Shown here: positions 37,197 through 48,161 of the stretch, one piece after another
Numbering within the stretch: position 1 is the stretch's first letter
How the letters are laid out: every line of letters begins with the position of its first letter
NCBI GenBank assembly: GCA_045545475.1
Contig: JAZQAZ010000017.1
Location: 1-64,000 of the forward strand
Reading direction: 5' to 3'
From: Clostridia bacterium
GTDB lineage: Bacteria > Bacillota > Clostridia > CAKSNL01 > HGM11501
Length of the DNA stretch: 64,000 nucleotides
Program-made: the position numbers and the translations under genes
The notes under the pieces: generated by a model
What the model saw: the letters and a program-made list of their open reading frames with translations, nothing else
Told to the model about the DNA's origin: nothing
Database searches by the model: none

Positions 37197-38768
37197 ATGG
37201 TAGATATTTTAAGAAATCCCGACCTTGTTAAAATTTACTGTGACGAGGAAAATGTTGATACAAAGGTAGAGTTTGAAACGGAAGACAGAAAATTAAAGAT
37301 TTTTGTCACGGCAAATGAAAGCCGCCCCAGAATGATTTGTCTTCGCTGGTACTATAAAACCGAAGAAGCCGTTTCTGTTATGGGCGATAAGTGGGAGAGA
37401 GCTTACGGCGATATGACCTGGCACTCACTTAACGGCGAAACCTTTATGCCCTGGTACTTTATTGTAAATAACGGTAAGGACAATGCATGCTGCGGCGTAA
37501 TGACAGGCTGCTCAAGCTTTGTGTCCTTTCAGTACGATGCATCGGGCGTAACTGCCTGGGTTGATGTCCGCTGCGGCGGCGTTGGCGTTGATTTATCGGG
37601 ACGCACTCTTTTGGCCTGCACAGTAGTTTGCGAGCATTATGAAAATATGTCAGCTTTTAATGCGGCAAAGGCGTTTTGCCGTGTGATGTGCGAAAACCCC
37701 ATACTTCCAAAGGAGCCTGTTTACGGAAGCAACAACTGGTATTACGCTTACGGCAAATCAAGCTATGAGGAAATTATGGAGGATGCAAAATTAATTTCCC
37801 GTATCGCAGGCGAAAATAAAAATCGTCCATTTATGGTAATTGACGACGGATGGCAGATTAATTCCTGCGACGGTCCCTGGCTTCCCAACGAAAGATACGG
37901 CGATATGAAAAAGGTTGCTGACGGCTTTAAGGAAATGGGAATCCGCCCCGGTATCTGGTTCCGTCCTCTCCACAGTTCCACAGTTGAAAAAGAACATCCT
38001 GAATGGCTTATTAACAGAAACACAATGAAGTTTTTAGACCCCTCTCATCCTGAGGTTAAAAAGCTCATCAAGGAGGACATTGAAAGAATCGTTGGCTGGG
38101 GATATGAGCTTATTAAGCACGATTTTTCCCAGTGCGATATGTTCGGTCACTTCGGATGGGACTTAAATGGAAGTATCACAAACTACAAGGACTGGTCCTT
38201 CTATGACCGTAAAAAGACAAGTGCGGAAATCACTCTTGATTTCTATCGCCTGATAAGAGAAACTGCAGGAGATACATATATAATCGGATGTGATACTGTA
38301 AGCCATCTTTCGGCAGGCTTAGTTGAAATCAGCCGTGTGGGTACTGATACCAGCGGAAGATGCTGGTCTGTTACACGAATGAACGGCGTAAACTGCCTTG
38401 CCTTCAGAATGTGTCAGAACGATGCATTTTACAAGGTGGATGCCGACTGTGTAGGCCTTATGGCGGATAATATTCCATGGAAACTGAACCGTCAGTGGCT
38501 TGATCTTCTCTCAAAAAGCGGCTCGCCCCTTTTTGTTTCAATGCAGCCTTCTGTAATAACACCGGAGATTTTTGAAGACCTTAAAAAGGCATTTAAGATT
38601 AACTCCATCCAGGAAGATGTGGCAGAGCCACTTGACTGGATGTATAACAATCAGCCTCAGAAGTGGCTTATAAACGGGGAAGAGGTAGAGTACGATTTTG
38701 TTATGGACAGCCCTCCGAGACTTTTAGGATATAAGATAGGCGACTTAAGCTCAACAAATATGTTTTAA
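37197..38768 (+). CDS. GH36/GH27-like hydrolase, paralog 2
   Basis: Same motifs (IDDGWQ, IKHDF, RVGTDT). Confidence 0.8.
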   Translation: MVDILRNPDLVKIYCDEENVDTKVEFETEDRKLKIFVTANESRPRMICLRWYYKTEEAVSVMGDKWERAYGDMTWHSLNGETFMPWYFIVNNGKDNACCGVMTGCSSFVSFQYDASGVTAWVDVRCGGVGVDLSGRTLLACTVVCEHYENMSAFNAAKAFCRVMCENPILPKEPVYGSNNWYYAYGKSSYEEIMEDAKLISRIAGENKNRPFMVIDDGWQINSCDGPWLPNERYGDMKKVADGFKEMGIRPGIWFRPLHSSTVEKEHPEWLINRNTMKFLDPSHPEVKKLIKEDIERIVGWGYELIKHDFSQCDMFGHFGWDLNGSITNYKDWSFYDRKKTSAEITLDFYRLIRETAGDTYIIGCDTVSHLSAGLVEISRVGTDTSGRCWSVTRMNGVNCLAFRMCQNDAFYKVDADCVGLMADNIPWKLNRQWLDLLSKSGSPLFVSMQPSVITPEIFEDLKKAFKINSIQEDVAEPLDWMYNNQPQKWLINGEEVEYDFVMDSPPRLLGYKIGDLSSTNMF

Positions 38769-38770
38769 TA

Positions 38771-38806
38771 AATAAAGGAAGGAATTAAAAAATTCCTTCC
38801 TTTATT
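38771..38806. terminator. Bidirectional terminator-like palindrome
   Basis: AATAAAGGAAGGAATT-AAAA-AATTCCTTCCTTTATT between convergent genes. Confidence 0.75.
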
Positions 38807-38811
38807 ATATA

Positions 38812-39483
38812 TTATTTACAAAATACGTGCTTGCCGATGGTGGTTATGACTGGGCGACTTCGTATCCATTTGTTTGTTGCGGTTTTTGGGTTGTAATAGT
38901 AAATGGCACCGCCTGTCGGGTCCCAACCGTTTAAGGCATCCTTGGCGGCACGGATACAGCTTGCGGTAACAGCGGCGTTAATCTGTCCGTCGTCCACGGC
39001 GGTAAAAGCCTGAGGCTGATAAATCACCCCGGCTATGGTGTTTGGAAAGGACGGATGCTCCACTCTGTTTAATACCACGGCACCTACTGCCACCTGTCCT
39101 TCATAGGTTTCCCCCCGTGCTTCACCGTTTATAATGCGGGCAAGCAGATTTACATTGGCGGAGGAAGAGGAGGAAGAAGATGAACCTGTAGGAAGGCCAA
39201 TGGCGGCTAAGGTGGCGTTTCCTGCAATACCGTCTGCTTTAAGACCGTTAGCTCTTTGGAATTTTATTACCGCATTTTTCGTCTGCTGTCCGTAAACGCC
39301 GTCAACGCTTCCTTTATAATATCCCCACTCCTTTAAGCGTGATTGGATGTTTCTTACTTCAGTTCCCTTACTTCCTATTTTGGAAAGAGCAGAAAGGGGA
39401 GATGCGTCTTCGTATGTTATAAAGGAAAAGGCGACAACCAGAGCCATAAGACCAAAGAATATTCTGTTTCTTATTTTTTTCAT
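38812..39483 (-). CDS. sleB: Spore cortex-lytic enzyme
   Basis: Signal peptide, peptidoglycan-binding domain (VDGVYG, ADGIAG), Ser linker, GEARGE.YEGQVAVGAVVLNRV, GWDPTGGA.YYYNP. Confidence 0.93.
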   Translation of the reverse strand: MKKIRNRIFFGLMALVVAFSFITYEDASPLSALSKIGSKGTEVRNIQSRLKEWGYYKGSVDGVYGQQTKNAVIKFQRANGLKADGIAGNATLAAIGLPTGSSSSSSSSANVNLLARIINGEARGETYEGQVAVGAVVLNRVEHPSFPNTIAGVIYQPQAFTAVDDGQINAAVTASCIRAAKDALNGWDPTGGAIYYYNPKTATNKWIRSRPVITTIGKHVFCK

Positions 39484-39553
39484 TATTAATACCTCTGTGA
39501 AGTGATTTTTCGTTAGTTTTTGTGAATTCTGATAAAATATACATATTAATCCC

Positions 39554-39582
39554 TTGCGAAATATCGGAAAACGTGTTATAAT
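39554..39582 (+). promoter_or_regulatory. Upstream sigmaA promoter (P1) facing the S10 operon
   Basis: TTGCGA-N17-TATAAT with extended TG. Confidence 0.6.
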
Positions 39583-39704
39583 AACCGATATAGAGGCGGA
39601 TTTTATATAAAAACTCTGTCTTTATAGTAATCTTGCACAAAAAGTTTTCTGAAAAACTGTATTTCTGACGAATTTTACAAAATATAAAAAATGTTAAAAA
39701 ATAG

Positions 39705-39733
39705 TTGACAAACGGTGGTTTACATGGTATACT
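39705..39733 (+). promoter_or_regulatory. sigmaA promoter (P2) of the S10 operon
   Basis: TTGACA-N17-TATACT with extended TG. Confidence 0.85.
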
Positions 39734-39739
39734 CATAGA

Positions 39740-40087
39740 GTCGGTCCATGTGGGCCACTGTTTTTGTGTGCGTTTTTGGGGCACATGAAGACAGACTACC
39801 GATGAAGCAGGAGGTTGCGGCAATGCCGGTTTTCCTGCCGAGGGAGTCCGATTCAGAGAAACCGGGCGAAAGCGCAAATGCTTTGCACAGAGTGGCATAA
39901 GTAAGAAGGGAAAGTGTGGAAACCTTCTGAAAGTGCGGATCCCGGCAAGCATGCCGGGAATTATAGTTGGGGTGGATGAAACACCCGGGCGAGTGTAAGG
40001 CGAGTTCTTCTGAGTCTCCTTGGGGTATATAATAATGAAGTAATGCCCTTAACCCAAAGCAAATAAAATAAGGAGGCGATTTTACTC
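39740..40087 (+). promoter_or_regulatory. Structured 5' leader of rpsJ (Firmicutes S10-leader-like)
   Basis: GATGAAGCAGGAGGTTGC motif resembling Firmicutes rpsJ leaders; many GC-rich hairpins; no + strand ORF in the track. Confidence 0.7.
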
Positions 40088-40411
40088 ATGGCAAAACAGA
40101 AAATCAGAATCAGATTGAAAGCTTATGACCATGCTCTTCTTGACCAGTCCACAGACAAAATTGTGGAAACAGCTAAGAGAACAGGTTCTGAAGTAAAGGG
40201 TCCCATTCCTCTTCCTACAGAAAAGGAAATCGTGACAATACTTCGTGCGGTTCATAAGTACAAAGATTCTCGCGAACAGTTTGAAATGAGAACTCACAAG
40301 AGACTTATCGACATTCTCTCTCCCACACAGAAGACTGTTGAAGCTCTCGGCAGACTCGATGTTCCTGCCGGCGTACAGGTTGAGATTAAGCTTGTTCAGA
40401 ACGCAAAATAA
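40088..40411 (+). CDS. rpsJ: 30S ribosomal protein S10
   Basis: [30 protein letters not shown]. Confidence 0.98.
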   Translation: MAKQKIRIRLKAYDHALLDQSTDKIVETAKRTGSEVKGPIPLPTEKEIVTILRAVHKYKDSREQFEMRTHKRLIDILSPTQKTVEALGRLDVPAGVQVEIKLVQNAK

Positions 40412-40494
40412 GAACATCACATTAAAACTCCGGTTTACCGGTCAATGTTGGCGCAAGTCAACCAATAACCAATTTTAAGGAGGACGTTATACTC

Positions 40495-41127
40495 ATGGAA
40501 AAGGCAATTATCGGTAAGAAAATCGGCATGACTCAGGTTTTCGCTCCGGACGGAAAAGTAATTCCCGTAACCGTAGTGGAAGCAGGTCCTTGCACAGTAA
40601 TCCAGAAGAAGACCGTTGAAAAGGACGGCTATGAAGCAGTTCAGGTCGGCTTCGCACCTCTTAAGGACAAGCATGTAACAAAGCCCCTTAAGGGACACTT
40701 CGCTAAGGCGGAAGTTGAAGCAAAGAAATATCTTCGCGAATTCCGTTTAAGCGACACATCAGCACTCAACGTAAAGGACGAGATTAAGTGCGACATATTT
40801 GCAGAAGCAGATAAGGTTGACGTAATCGGTATTTCCAAAGGTAAGGGATACGCTGGCGTAATAAAGCGCCACAACGCATCCAGACTTAAGGAAACACACG
40901 GTACAGGTCCCGTTCACAGACATCCCGGTTCTATGGGCGCTTGCTCCACTCCTTCAAGAGTACTTAAGGGTAAGAAGCTTCCCGGACATATGGGTGTTGA
41001 CAGAGTTACTGTATTAAACCTTGAAATCGTAAAAGTTGATGCCGAAAGAAATCTTCTTTTGATAAAGGGTGCGATTCCCGGTGCTAAGGGCGGAATCGTA
41101 ACAGTAAGAAACGCTATAAAGGCGTAA
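40495..41127 (+). CDS. rplC: 50S ribosomal protein L3
   Basis: [19 protein letters not shown]. Confidence 0.98.
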   Translation: MEKAIIGKKIGMTQVFAPDGKVIPVTVVEAGPCTVIQKKTVEKDGYEAVQVGFAPLKDKHVTKPLKGHFAKAEVEAKKYLREFRLSDTSALNVKDEIKCDIFAEADKVDVIGISKGKGYAGVIKRHNASRLKETHGTGPVHRHPGSMGACSTPSRVLKGKKLPGHMGVDRVTVLNLEIVKVDAERNLLLIKGAIPGAKGGIVTVRNAIKA

Positions 41128-41151
41128 GACTTAAGGAAGGAGGAATTTTAA

Positions 41152-41775
41152 ATGCCTAAAACTGATTTATTTGATATGACAGCTGCAAAGGTTGGCGAAA
41201 TTGAGCTCGCTGATGCAGTATTCGGTCAGGAAGTAAACGGTGCAGTGCTTCACACAGTTGTTGTGAATTACCTGGCTAACCAGAGACAGGGCACTCAGTC
41301 TACAAAGACCCGTACAGAAGTAGAAGGCGGCGGTGCTAAGCCCTACAGACAGAAGGGAACAGGCCGTGCAAGACAGGGTTCTTTAAGAGCTCCTAACCAC
41401 GTTGGTGGCGGTATTGCATTAGGTCCCAAGCCCAGAGATTACAGATACACTGTAAACAAGAAGGTTAAGGCCCTCGCTATGAAGTCTGCTCTTTCCGCAA
41501 AGGTTTTAGAAAACAAGATTTTTGTTATTGACGACCTTAAGATGGATGAAGTTAAGACAAAGACAATGGCACAGCTTATCGCAAAGCTTGGCGAAGACAA
41601 GAAGGCACTCGTTGTTACATGCGATAAGAATCAGAACGTATATCTTTCCACAAGAAACATTGAAGGTGCAAAAGCTTCCTTCGTTGGTATGCTTAACGTA
41701 TATGACTTAGTTAAGTACGATAAGCTCATCGTGGCTAAGAGTGCGGTAGAGAAACTCCAGGAGGTGTATGCATGA
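41152..41775 (+). CDS. rplD: 50S ribosomal protein L4
   Basis: [21 protein letters not shown]. Confidence 0.98.
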   Translation: MPKTDLFDMTAAKVGEIELADAVFGQEVNGAVLHTVVVNYLANQRQGTQSTKTRTEVEGGGAKPYRQKGTGRARQGSLRAPNHVGGGIALGPKPRDYRYTVNKKVKALAMKSALSAKVLENKIFVIDDLKMDEVKTKTMAQLIAKLGEDKKALVVTCDKNQNVYLSTRNIEGAKASFVGMLNVYDLVKYDKLIVAKSAVEKLQEVYA

Positions 41776-42071
41776 TGAAAACAGCATATGATATCATAAA
41801 GAAGCCCCTTATCACAGAACAGGGTATGGAGCAGATTGCTGACAGAAAGTATACTTTCGTAGTAAGCCTCACCGCTAACAAGATTGAAATTAAAAAGGCT
41901 GTTGAGGAATTGTTCCCCGGCACTGAGGTTGAAAAGGTTACAACCGCAAGATACCTCGGTAAAGTAAAGAGAATGGGCGCAACATCCGGCAGCAGACCCA
42001 ACTGGAAAAAGGCAATAGTTAAGCTTACAGAAGGAAGCAAGACAATTGAAGCTTTTGAAGGTTTGGTATAA
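41772..42071 (+). CDS. rplW: 50S ribosomal protein L23
   Basis: PLITE, ANKIEIKKAVE, WKKAIV. Confidence 0.97.
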   Translation: MMKTAYDIIKKPLITEQGMEQIADRKYTFVVSLTANKIEIKKAVEELFPGTEVEKVTTARYLGKVKRMGATSGSRPNWKKAIVKLTEGSKTIEAFEGLV

Positions 42072-42112
42072 GCTGTACGTAGAGTAAAAGAAAGTTAGGA
42101 GTTTGATTAAAA

Positions 42113-42946
42113 ATGGCTATAAGAAAATACAATCCTACCTCTCCTGCGCGCAGACAGATGACGGTTTCTACATTTGAGGAAATCACCACAAATAAACCCG
42201 AGCGTTCTCTTCTCGAACCTATGAAAAACAATGCCGGAAGAAACTCTTACGGCAGAATCACAGTTCGTCACAGAGGCGGCGCAAACAGGAGAAAATACAG
42301 AATCATCGATTTTAAGAGAAACAAGATTGACATGGCAGCAACTGTTATGACAATTGAGTACGATCCCAACAGAAGTGCAAACATTGCACTCGTTCAGTAT
42401 GAGGACGGCGAAAAGGCTTATATCCTTGCTCCTCAGGATCTGCACGTTGGCGATCAGGTTATGTCTGGTGCAGGCGCGGACATTAAGCCCGGTAACTGCC
42501 TTCCCATCAGATCAATTCCCGTTGGTACACTCATCCACAACGTTGAGCTTTCCAAGGGTAAGGGCGGTCAGCTCGTAAGAAGCGCAGGTGCTTCTGCTCA
42601 GCTTATGGCTAAGGAAGATAAGTATTCTCAGATCAGAATGCCTTCCGGCGAAGTAAGAATGATAGATGTTGACTGCAAAGCAACAATAGGCGTAATAGGC
42701 AACCAGGATCATGAAAACATCACTATCGGTAAAGCCGGCAGAAAGAGACATATGGGTATTCGTCCCACAGTCCGCGGTGTTGTAATGAACCCCAACGACC
42801 ATCCTCACGGTGGTGGTGAAGGTAAGTCACCCATCGGTATGCCCAGCCCCGTTACACCTTGGGGTAGACCCGCACTTGGTCTTAAGACACGTAAGCAGAA
42901 GAAGTATTCTTCCAAGTACATCGTTAAGACACGTAACGGTAAATAA
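42113..42946 (+). CDS. rplB: 50S ribosomal protein L2
   Basis: [29 protein letters not shown]. Confidence 0.98.
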   Translation: MAIRKYNPTSPARRQMTVSTFEEITTNKPERSLLEPMKNNAGRNSYGRITVRHRGGANRRKYRIIDFKRNKIDMAATVMTIEYDPNRSANIALVQYEDGEKAYILAPQDLHVGDQVMSGAGADIKPGNCLPIRSIPVGTLIHNVELSKGKGGQLVRSAGASAQLMAKEDKYSQIRMPSGEVRMIDVDCKATIGVIGNQDHENITIGKAGRKRHMGIRPTVRGVVMNPNDHPHGGGEGKSPIGMPSPVTPWGRPALGLKTRKQKKYSSKYIVKTRNGK

Positions 42947-42964
42947 TAGAAGGAGGATTTTAAT

Positions 42965-43240
42965 ATGGGACGCAGTGTAAAGAAAGGCCCCTTCGTTGAT
43001 GCGAAGCTTTTAAGCCGTATCGAAAAGATGAACGAAGCAGGCGAAAAAAGAGTTCTTAAAACTTGGTCAAGATCTTCCACGATTTTCCCTGATTTTGTAG
43101 GTCATACAATAGCAGTACATGACGGAAGAAAGCATGTTCCGGTTTATGTAACAGAAGATATGGTTGGTCATAAGTTAGGTGAATTTGCTCCTACAAGAAC
43201 CTTCAAAGGTCATGCAGGTGCAAAGACAACCGGAAAGTAA
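42965..43240 (+). CDS. rpsS: 30S ribosomal protein S19
   Basis: [19 protein letters not shown]. Confidence 0.98.
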   Translation: MGRSVKKGPFVDAKLLSRIEKMNEAGEKRVLKTWSRSSTIFPDFVGHTIAVHDGRKHVPVYVTEDMVGHKLGEFAPTRTFKGHAGAKTTGK

Positions 43241-43267
43241 TATCTCGTAAGAGAGGAGGAATTGTCG

Positions 43268-43621
43268 ATGGAGGCAAGAACAGAAGCGAAAGCAGTTGTA
43301 CGCTATATTCGCATATCACCCAGAAAGGTGAATATTGTTAACGACCTCATCAGAAACAAGCCTGTAGGTGTTGCAATGGGTATTCTTAAGAACACCCCCA
43401 AGGCTGCTTCTGAGGTTTTAATAAAACTTTTGAACTCCGCAATCGCAAATGCGGAAAACAATTTCGGCATGAATCCTGATGATTTATACGTAGCTGAGGC
43501 TTATGCTAATGCGGGTCCTACACTTAAGAGAATAAGACCCAGAGCTCAGGGACGTGCGTTCAGGATCTTAAAGAGAACATGTCACATTACTATCGTTGTT
43601 AAAGAAAGGGAGGCAAAATAA
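43268..43621 (+). CDS. rplV: 50S ribosomal protein L22
   Basis: [21 protein letters not shown]. Confidence 0.97.
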   Translation: MEARTEAKAVVRYIRISPRKVNIVNDLIRNKPVGVAMGILKNTPKAASEVLIKLLNSAIANAENNFGMNPDDLYVAEAYANAGPTLKRIRPRAQGRAFRILKRTCHITIVVKEREAK

Positions 43622-44355
43622 TGGGCCAGAAAGTTAATCCCCACGGTTTGAGAGTCGGCGTTATTAAAGACTGGGACTCCAAGTGGTACGCTGACAAGAA
43701 AACTTTCGGTGATAATCTCGTAGAAGATTACAAAATCAGAACCTTCCTTAAGAAGACACTTTTTGCCGCTAACGTATCCAAGATTGAAATTGAGAGAGCA
43801 AACAATAAGCTTTCCGTTTCCATCAATACGGCAAGACCCGGTGTTATCATCGGTTCAAAAGGTTCTGAAATCGAAAAGCTTAAGGCACAGCTTGTTGCAA
43901 TGACCGGTAAGGAAGTTGCATTGAACATAGTTGAAGTTAAGAATCCTTCAACAAATGCACAGCTCGTTGCTGAAAGCATCGCTGCACAGCTCGAAAAGCG
44001 TATTTCTTTCAGAAAGGCTATGAAGAGCTCCATGCAGAGAGCAATGAAGATGGGAGCAAAGGGTATCAAAACTACTTGTTCCGGTCGTCTCGGCGGTGCA
44101 GAAATCGCCAGAACAGAGCACTATCATGAGGGAACAATTCCGCTGCAGACATTAAGAGCGGATATCGACTACGGCTTCTGGGAGGCTAACACAACCTACG
44201 GTAAGATCGGTGTTAAGGTTTGGATCTACAAGGGTGAAGTTCTCCCCGGAACAAAGGCAGCAGCAGAAATCGCTCCTCCTGTTTCCGAAAAGCCCAGAAG
44301 AGAGCGTAGAGCTCCCCGCAAGACGGAAGGAGGCAAAAACAATGTTAATGCCTAA
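43621..44355 (+). CDS. rpsC: 30S ribosomal protein S3
   Basis: [33 protein letters not shown]. Confidence 0.98.
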   Translation: MGQKVNPHGLRVGVIKDWDSKWYADKKTFGDNLVEDYKIRTFLKKTLFAANVSKIEIERANNKLSVSINTARPGVIIGSKGSEIEKLKAQLVAMTGKEVALNIVEVKNPSTNAQLVAESIAAQLEKRISFRKAMKSSMQRAMKMGAKGIKTTCSGRLGGAEIARTEHYHEGTIPLQTLRADIDYGFWEANTTYGKIGVKVWIYKGEVLPGTKAAAEIAPPVSEKPRRERRAPRKTEGGKNNVNA

Positions 44356-44773
44356 AAGAGTTAAGCACAGAAGAGTATTCAGAGGTAGAATGAAGGGTAC
44401 CGCTCAGAGAGGTAACATGGTTACTTACGGAGATTTCGGTCTTCAGGCTTTAGAGCCCTCCTGGATCACTTCTAACCAGATCGAAGCTGCCCGTATCGCA
44501 CTTACAAGATACATCAAGAGAGGCGGCCAGGTATTCATTAAAATATTCCCCGACAAGCCCGTAACTGAAAAGCCTGCCGAGACACGAATGGGTTCCGGTA
44601 AAGGTTCACCCGAATACTGGGTAGCAGTTGTTAAGCCCGGAAGAGTTCTCTTCGAGGTTAAGGGTGTTGACGAGGAAACAGCAAGAGAAGCTATGAGACT
44701 TGCAATGCATAAGCTTCCGGTTAAGTGCAAATTTGTTAAAAAGGAAACGGAGGGTGATTCTTGTGAAAATTAA
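44342..44773 (+). CDS. rplP: 50S ribosomal protein L16
   Basis: [17 protein letters not shown]; GGAGG RBS before ATG 44342. Confidence 0.98.
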   Translation: MLMPKRVKHRRVFRGRMKGTAQRGNMVTYGDFGLQALEPSWITSNQIEAARIALTRYIKRGGQVFIKIFPDKPVTEKPAETRMGSGKGSPEYWVAVVKPGRVLFEVKGVDEETAREAMRLAMHKLPVKCKFVKKETEGDSCEN

Positions 44774-44957
44774 AGAAATTCGTGAATTATCCTTAGAGGA
44801 ACTGAATACAAAGCTTACAGACCTTAAGAGCGAGCTTTTTAATCTCAGATTCCAGCATGCGACAAATCAGCTTGACAATCCCATGAAGATCGTTGAGACA
44901 AAGAAGTCAATTGCTAAAGTTATGACGGTCATCAAAGAGAAAGAGATGAACGCGTAA
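44763..44957 (+). CDS. rpmC: 50S ribosomal protein L29
   Basis: [15 protein letters not shown]; GTG start after GGAGG. Confidence 0.96.
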   Translation: MKIKEIRELSLEELNTKLTDLKSELFNLRFQHATNQLDNPMKIVETKKSIAKVMTVIKEKEMNA

Positions 44958-44979
44958 GCTCGGAAGGAGGTAAATGTAA

Positions 44980-45237
44980 ATGTCTGAAAGAAATTTTCGT
45001 AAAGTCAGAATAGGTGTTGTAAAGAGCGACAAGATGGATAAGACAATCGTTGTTGCAATTGAAGAACACGTAAAGCATCCTCTCTACGGCAAGGTTGTTA
45101 AGAGAACTTATACTCTTAAGGCTCATGATGAATTAAATGAGTGCCAGGTAGGCGATAAGGTAAAGGTTATGGAAACAAGACCTTTAAGCCGTGACAAGAG
45201 ATGGAGACTTGTTGAAATCGTAGAAAAAGTAAAATAA
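44980..45237 (+). CDS. rpsQ: 30S ribosomal protein S17
   Basis: [22 protein letters not shown]. Confidence 0.98.
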   Translation: MSERNFRKVRIGVVKSDKMDKTIVVAIEEHVKHPLYGKVVKRTYTLKAHDELNECQVGDKVKVMETRPLSRDKRWRLVEIVEKVK

Positions 45238-45276
45238 TTAGTTCCAAGCTAAATAATCGGAAGGAGTTGAAGAATC

Positions 45277-45645
45277 GTGATACAGCAGCAGTCTCTTTTG
45301 AAGATAGCAGACAATACAGGTGCTAAGGAAGTTATGTGCATCCGTGTACTTGGCGGATCAGGCAGAAAGTATGCGTCCGTTGGTGACGTTATCGTATGCT
45401 CCGTTAAGAAAGCAGCACCCGGTGGTATTGTTAAAAAAGGTGATGTTGTAAAGGCGGTTGTAGTTCGTACAGTTAACAATTTAAGACGTGCGGACGGTTC
45501 TTATATAAGATTTGACGAAAACGCTGCGGTTATTATACAGGATGACAAGAACCCCAAGGGAACCCGTATATTTGGCCCCGTAGCAAGAGAGCTCAGAGAA
45601 AAAGAGTATATGAAGATACTTTCTCTTGCTCCCGAAGTTCTGTAA
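45277..45645 (+). CDS. rplN: 50S ribosomal protein L14
   Basis: [26 protein letters not shown]. Confidence 0.98.
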   Translation: MIQQQSLLKIADNTGAKEVMCIRVLGGSGRKYASVGDVIVCSVKKAAPGGIVKKGDVVKAVVVRTVNNLRRADGSYIRFDENAAVIIQDDKNPKGTRIFGPVARELREKEYMKILSLAPEVL

Positions 45646-45657
45646 GGAGGTACCAAT

Positions 45658-45978
45658 ATGTCGCTTCATATTAAAGAGGGTGACCAGGTAGTAGTATTAT
45701 CCGGTGCCCATAAAGGTAAAACCGGCAAGGTGCTTTCCACAAACCCCAAGGCCGGCAAAGTAGTTGTTGAAGGCGTTAACATGATCACAAAGCATCAGAA
45801 AGCTAAGAGCCAGACACAGCCCGGCGGAATCATTAAGCAGGAAGCACCCATTTACGCATGCAAGGTTATGCATGTTTGCCCCAAGTGCAATAAGCCTACA
45901 AGAATAGGCTACAAGCTGCTTGAAAACGGCAGTAAGGTTCGCGTTTGTAAAAAGTGCGGAGAAACCTTTAACGACTAA
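45658..45978 (+). CDS. rplX: 50S ribosomal protein L24
   Basis: KOW motif GD.VVVLSG..KGK.G; VEGVN; two CxxC. Confidence 0.97.
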   Translation: MSLHIKEGDQVVVLSGAHKGKTGKVLSTNPKAGKVVVEGVNMITKHQKAKSQTQPGGIIKQEAPIYACKVMHVCPKCNKPTRIGYKLLENGSKVRVCKKCGETFND

Positions 45979-45997
45979 AGAGAGGAGGTTGTAACGA

Positions 45998-46537
45998 ATG
46001 GCAAGACTTGAAACATTTTACAAAGAACAGGTAACCAAGGCATTGGTTGAAAAGTTCGGATATAAGAATCCCATGGAAATCCCCAAGATTTCTAAGATAG
46101 TTATAAATATCGGTGTCGGCGAAGCCAAGGATAATCCGAAGGAACTTGAAGCTGCAATCAGCGATCTTGAGAAGATCACAGGTCAGAAGGCTGTTACTAC
46201 AAAGGCAAAGAAGTCTATCGCTAACTTTAAGCTTAGAGAGGGCATGCCTATCGGATGTAAGGTAACACTCAGAAGAGACATGATGTATGAGTTCCTCGAC
46301 AGATTCATCAACGTTGCACTTCCCCGTGTAAGAGACTTCAGCGGAATCAGCCCTGACAGTTTCGACGGTAGAGGTAACTACAACGTAGGTATCAAGGAAC
46401 AGATCATATTCCCTGAAATCGAATACGACAAGATTGATAAAATCAGAGGTATGGATATCGTAATCGTAACGACTGCGAAGACCGATGAAGAGGCACGTGA
46501 GCTCCTTACACTTATGGGTGCTCCGTTCACTCGCTGA
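45998..46537 (+). CDS. rplE: 50S ribosomal protein L5
   Basis: ITGQK, FKLREG, LPRVRDF, FDGRGNY. Confidence 0.98.
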   Translation: MARLETFYKEQVTKALVEKFGYKNPMEIPKISKIVINIGVGEAKDNPKELEAAISDLEKITGQKAVTTKAKKSIANFKLREGMPIGCKVTLRRDMMYEFLDRFINVALPRVRDFSGISPDSFDGRGNYNVGIKEQIIFPEIEYDKIDKIRGMDIVIVTTAKTDEEARELLTLMGAPFTR

Positions 46538-46558
46538 GCAGGGAGGAAAGGATAAGTT

Positions 46559-46744
46559 ATGGCTAAGAAATCTATGATCTTAAAGCAGCAGAAAGAGCAG
46601 AAGTATTCCACAAGAGAATATAACAGATGCAAAATCTGCGGCAGACCCCATGCATATCTGAGAAAGTACGGCATTTGCCGTATCTGCTTCAGAGAGTTGG
46701 CTTACAAGGGCGAGATTCCCGGTGTAACAAAGGCCAGCTGGTAA
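46559..46744 (+). CDS. rpsZ: 30S ribosomal protein S14 (zinc-binding type Z)
   Basis: 61 aa; RCKICGR, CRICFRE, KASW. Confidence 0.97.
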   Translation: MAKKSMILKQQKEQKYSTREYNRCKICGRPHAYLRKYGICRICFRELAYKGEIPGVTKASW

Positions 46745-46773
46745 TCCATTCTAACGGAAAAGGAGGCATAATA

Positions 46774-47172
46774 ATGCAGATAACAGATCCTATTGCTGAT
46801 ATGCTTACACGTATCAGAAACGCTAATTCTCAGAAACACGAGTCTGTACAGGTTCCCGCTTCTAACATGAAGAAGGCTATCGCTCAGATTCTTCTTGAGG
46901 AAGGCTATATAAAAGGATACCAGGTTACAGAAGATAATAAGCAGGGCATGATTGATATCACCCTTAAGTATGGTGCAAACAAGGAAAAGGCAATCACCGG
47001 TCTTAAGAGAGTATCCAAGCCCGGTCTTAGAGTATATGCTGCGAAGGAAGACCTTCCCAGAGTATACAGAGGACTTGGTATTGCAATAATCTCAACTTCA
47101 CAGGGTATCATGACTGATAAAAAGGCAAGACTTGCCAACGTAGGCGGAGAGGTTCTTGCATTTATCTGGTAA
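46774..47172 (+). CDS. rpsH: 30S ribosomal protein S8
   Basis: [27 protein letters not shown]; AGGAGG RBS before ATG 46774. Confidence 0.98.
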   Translation: MQITDPIADMLTRIRNANSQKHESVQVPASNMKKAIAQILLEEGYIKGYQVTEDNKQGMIDITLKYGANKEKAITGLKRVSKPGLRVYAAKEDLPRVYRGLGIAIISTSQGIMTDKKARLANVGGEVLAFIW

Positions 47173-47204
47173 TTAATAAATTAAAGAATTAGGTGGTGAG
47201 TTAA

Positions 47205-47750
47205 ATGTCAAGAATAGGTAGAATGCCTATCACAGTCCCCGCCGGGGTAGATGTAAAGATAGAGGGAACACTTGTTACCGTTAAAGGACCCAAGGGTACT
47301 TTAACTCAGGAAATACATCCCGATATGATAATCGAAAGAGAAGGCGCTGAAATACTTGTAAAGCGTCCCTCTGAGCAGAAGGAGCACAAGGCGCTCCACG
47401 GACTTACCAGATCTCTTTTGAACAACATGGTAATCGGCGTAACTGAAGGCTTCAAGAAGGAACTTGAAATCAACGGTGTTGGTTACAGAGCACAGAAGCA
47501 GGGTAAGAAGCTCATATTGAATCTTGGCTATTCTCATCCGGTTGAAATGGAAGAATTCGAGGGTATTACCATCGAAGTACCGGATCAGAACAAGATCATT
47601 ATAAGCGGTCCTGATAAGCAGGTAGTTGGCGCATTTGCAGCTAACGTTCGTGAAAAGAGACCTCCTGAGCCTTATAAGGGCAAGGGCATCAAGTATGTTG
47701 AAGAACATATAAGACGCAAGGAAGGTAAAGCCGGTAAGGCAAAGAAATAA
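47205..47750 (+). CDS. rplF: 50S ribosomal protein L6
   Basis: [22 protein letters not shown]. Confidence 0.98.
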   Translation: MSRIGRMPITVPAGVDVKIEGTLVTVKGPKGTLTQEIHPDMIIEREGAEILVKRPSEQKEHKALHGLTRSLLNNMVIGVTEGFKKELEINGVGYRAQKQGKKLILNLGYSHPVEMEEFEGITIEVPDQNKIIISGPDKQVVGAFAANVREKRPPEPYKGKGIKYVEEHIRRKEGKAGKAKK

Positions 47751-47772
47751 GTAAGAAGGGAGTAAGTCTCAA

Positions 47773-48129
47773 ATGATTACTAAGTCGAGCAGCAATAAAG
47801 CAAGACAGAAGAGACACTTAAGAGTTCGTAATAAGATTTCCGGAACAGCGGAAAGACCCAGACTCAGTGTTTACAGAAGTCTTAAAAATATGTATATCCA
47901 GCTCATCGACGACACAAAAGGTGTAACTTTAGTAGCTGCTTCCACAAAGGAACTTGAAGGTTCTAATGGCGGCAATAAGGGAGCTGCTTTTGAAGTCGGC
48001 AAGCTTATAGGCACAAAGGCTATTGAAAAAGGTATCAAGACCGTAGTATTTGACCGTAGCGGCTACATTTATCACGGCCGAGTTAAAGAGGTCGCTGATG
48101 GTGCCAGAGAAGCCGGACTCGAATTTTAA
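47773..48129 (+). CDS. rplR: 50S ribosomal protein L18
   Basis: [27 protein letters not shown]. Confidence 0.98.
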   Translation: MITKSSSNKARQKRHLRVRNKISGTAERPRLSVYRSLKNMYIQLIDDTKGVTLVAASTKELEGSNGGNKGAAFEVGKLIGTKAIEKGIKTVVFDRSGYIYHGRVKEVADGAREAGLEF

Positions 48130-48161
48130 GAGTCGGGATAAGAAAGGAAGTGTAGCATAAA

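Noticed and set aside
39160-39186. GAG/GAA low-complexity run as a regulatory or variable repeat
   Set aside because: It encodes the poly-Ser linker of SleB on the minus strand.
39368-39952. 194-aa minus-strand ORF
   Set aside because: Spans promoters and the S10 leader and overlaps sleB out of frame; no family motifs.
44210-46773. N-terminally extended L16, L29 and S8 suggested by the ORF track
   Set aside because: Longest-ORF artefacts; RBS-supported starts are at 44342, 44763 and 46774.
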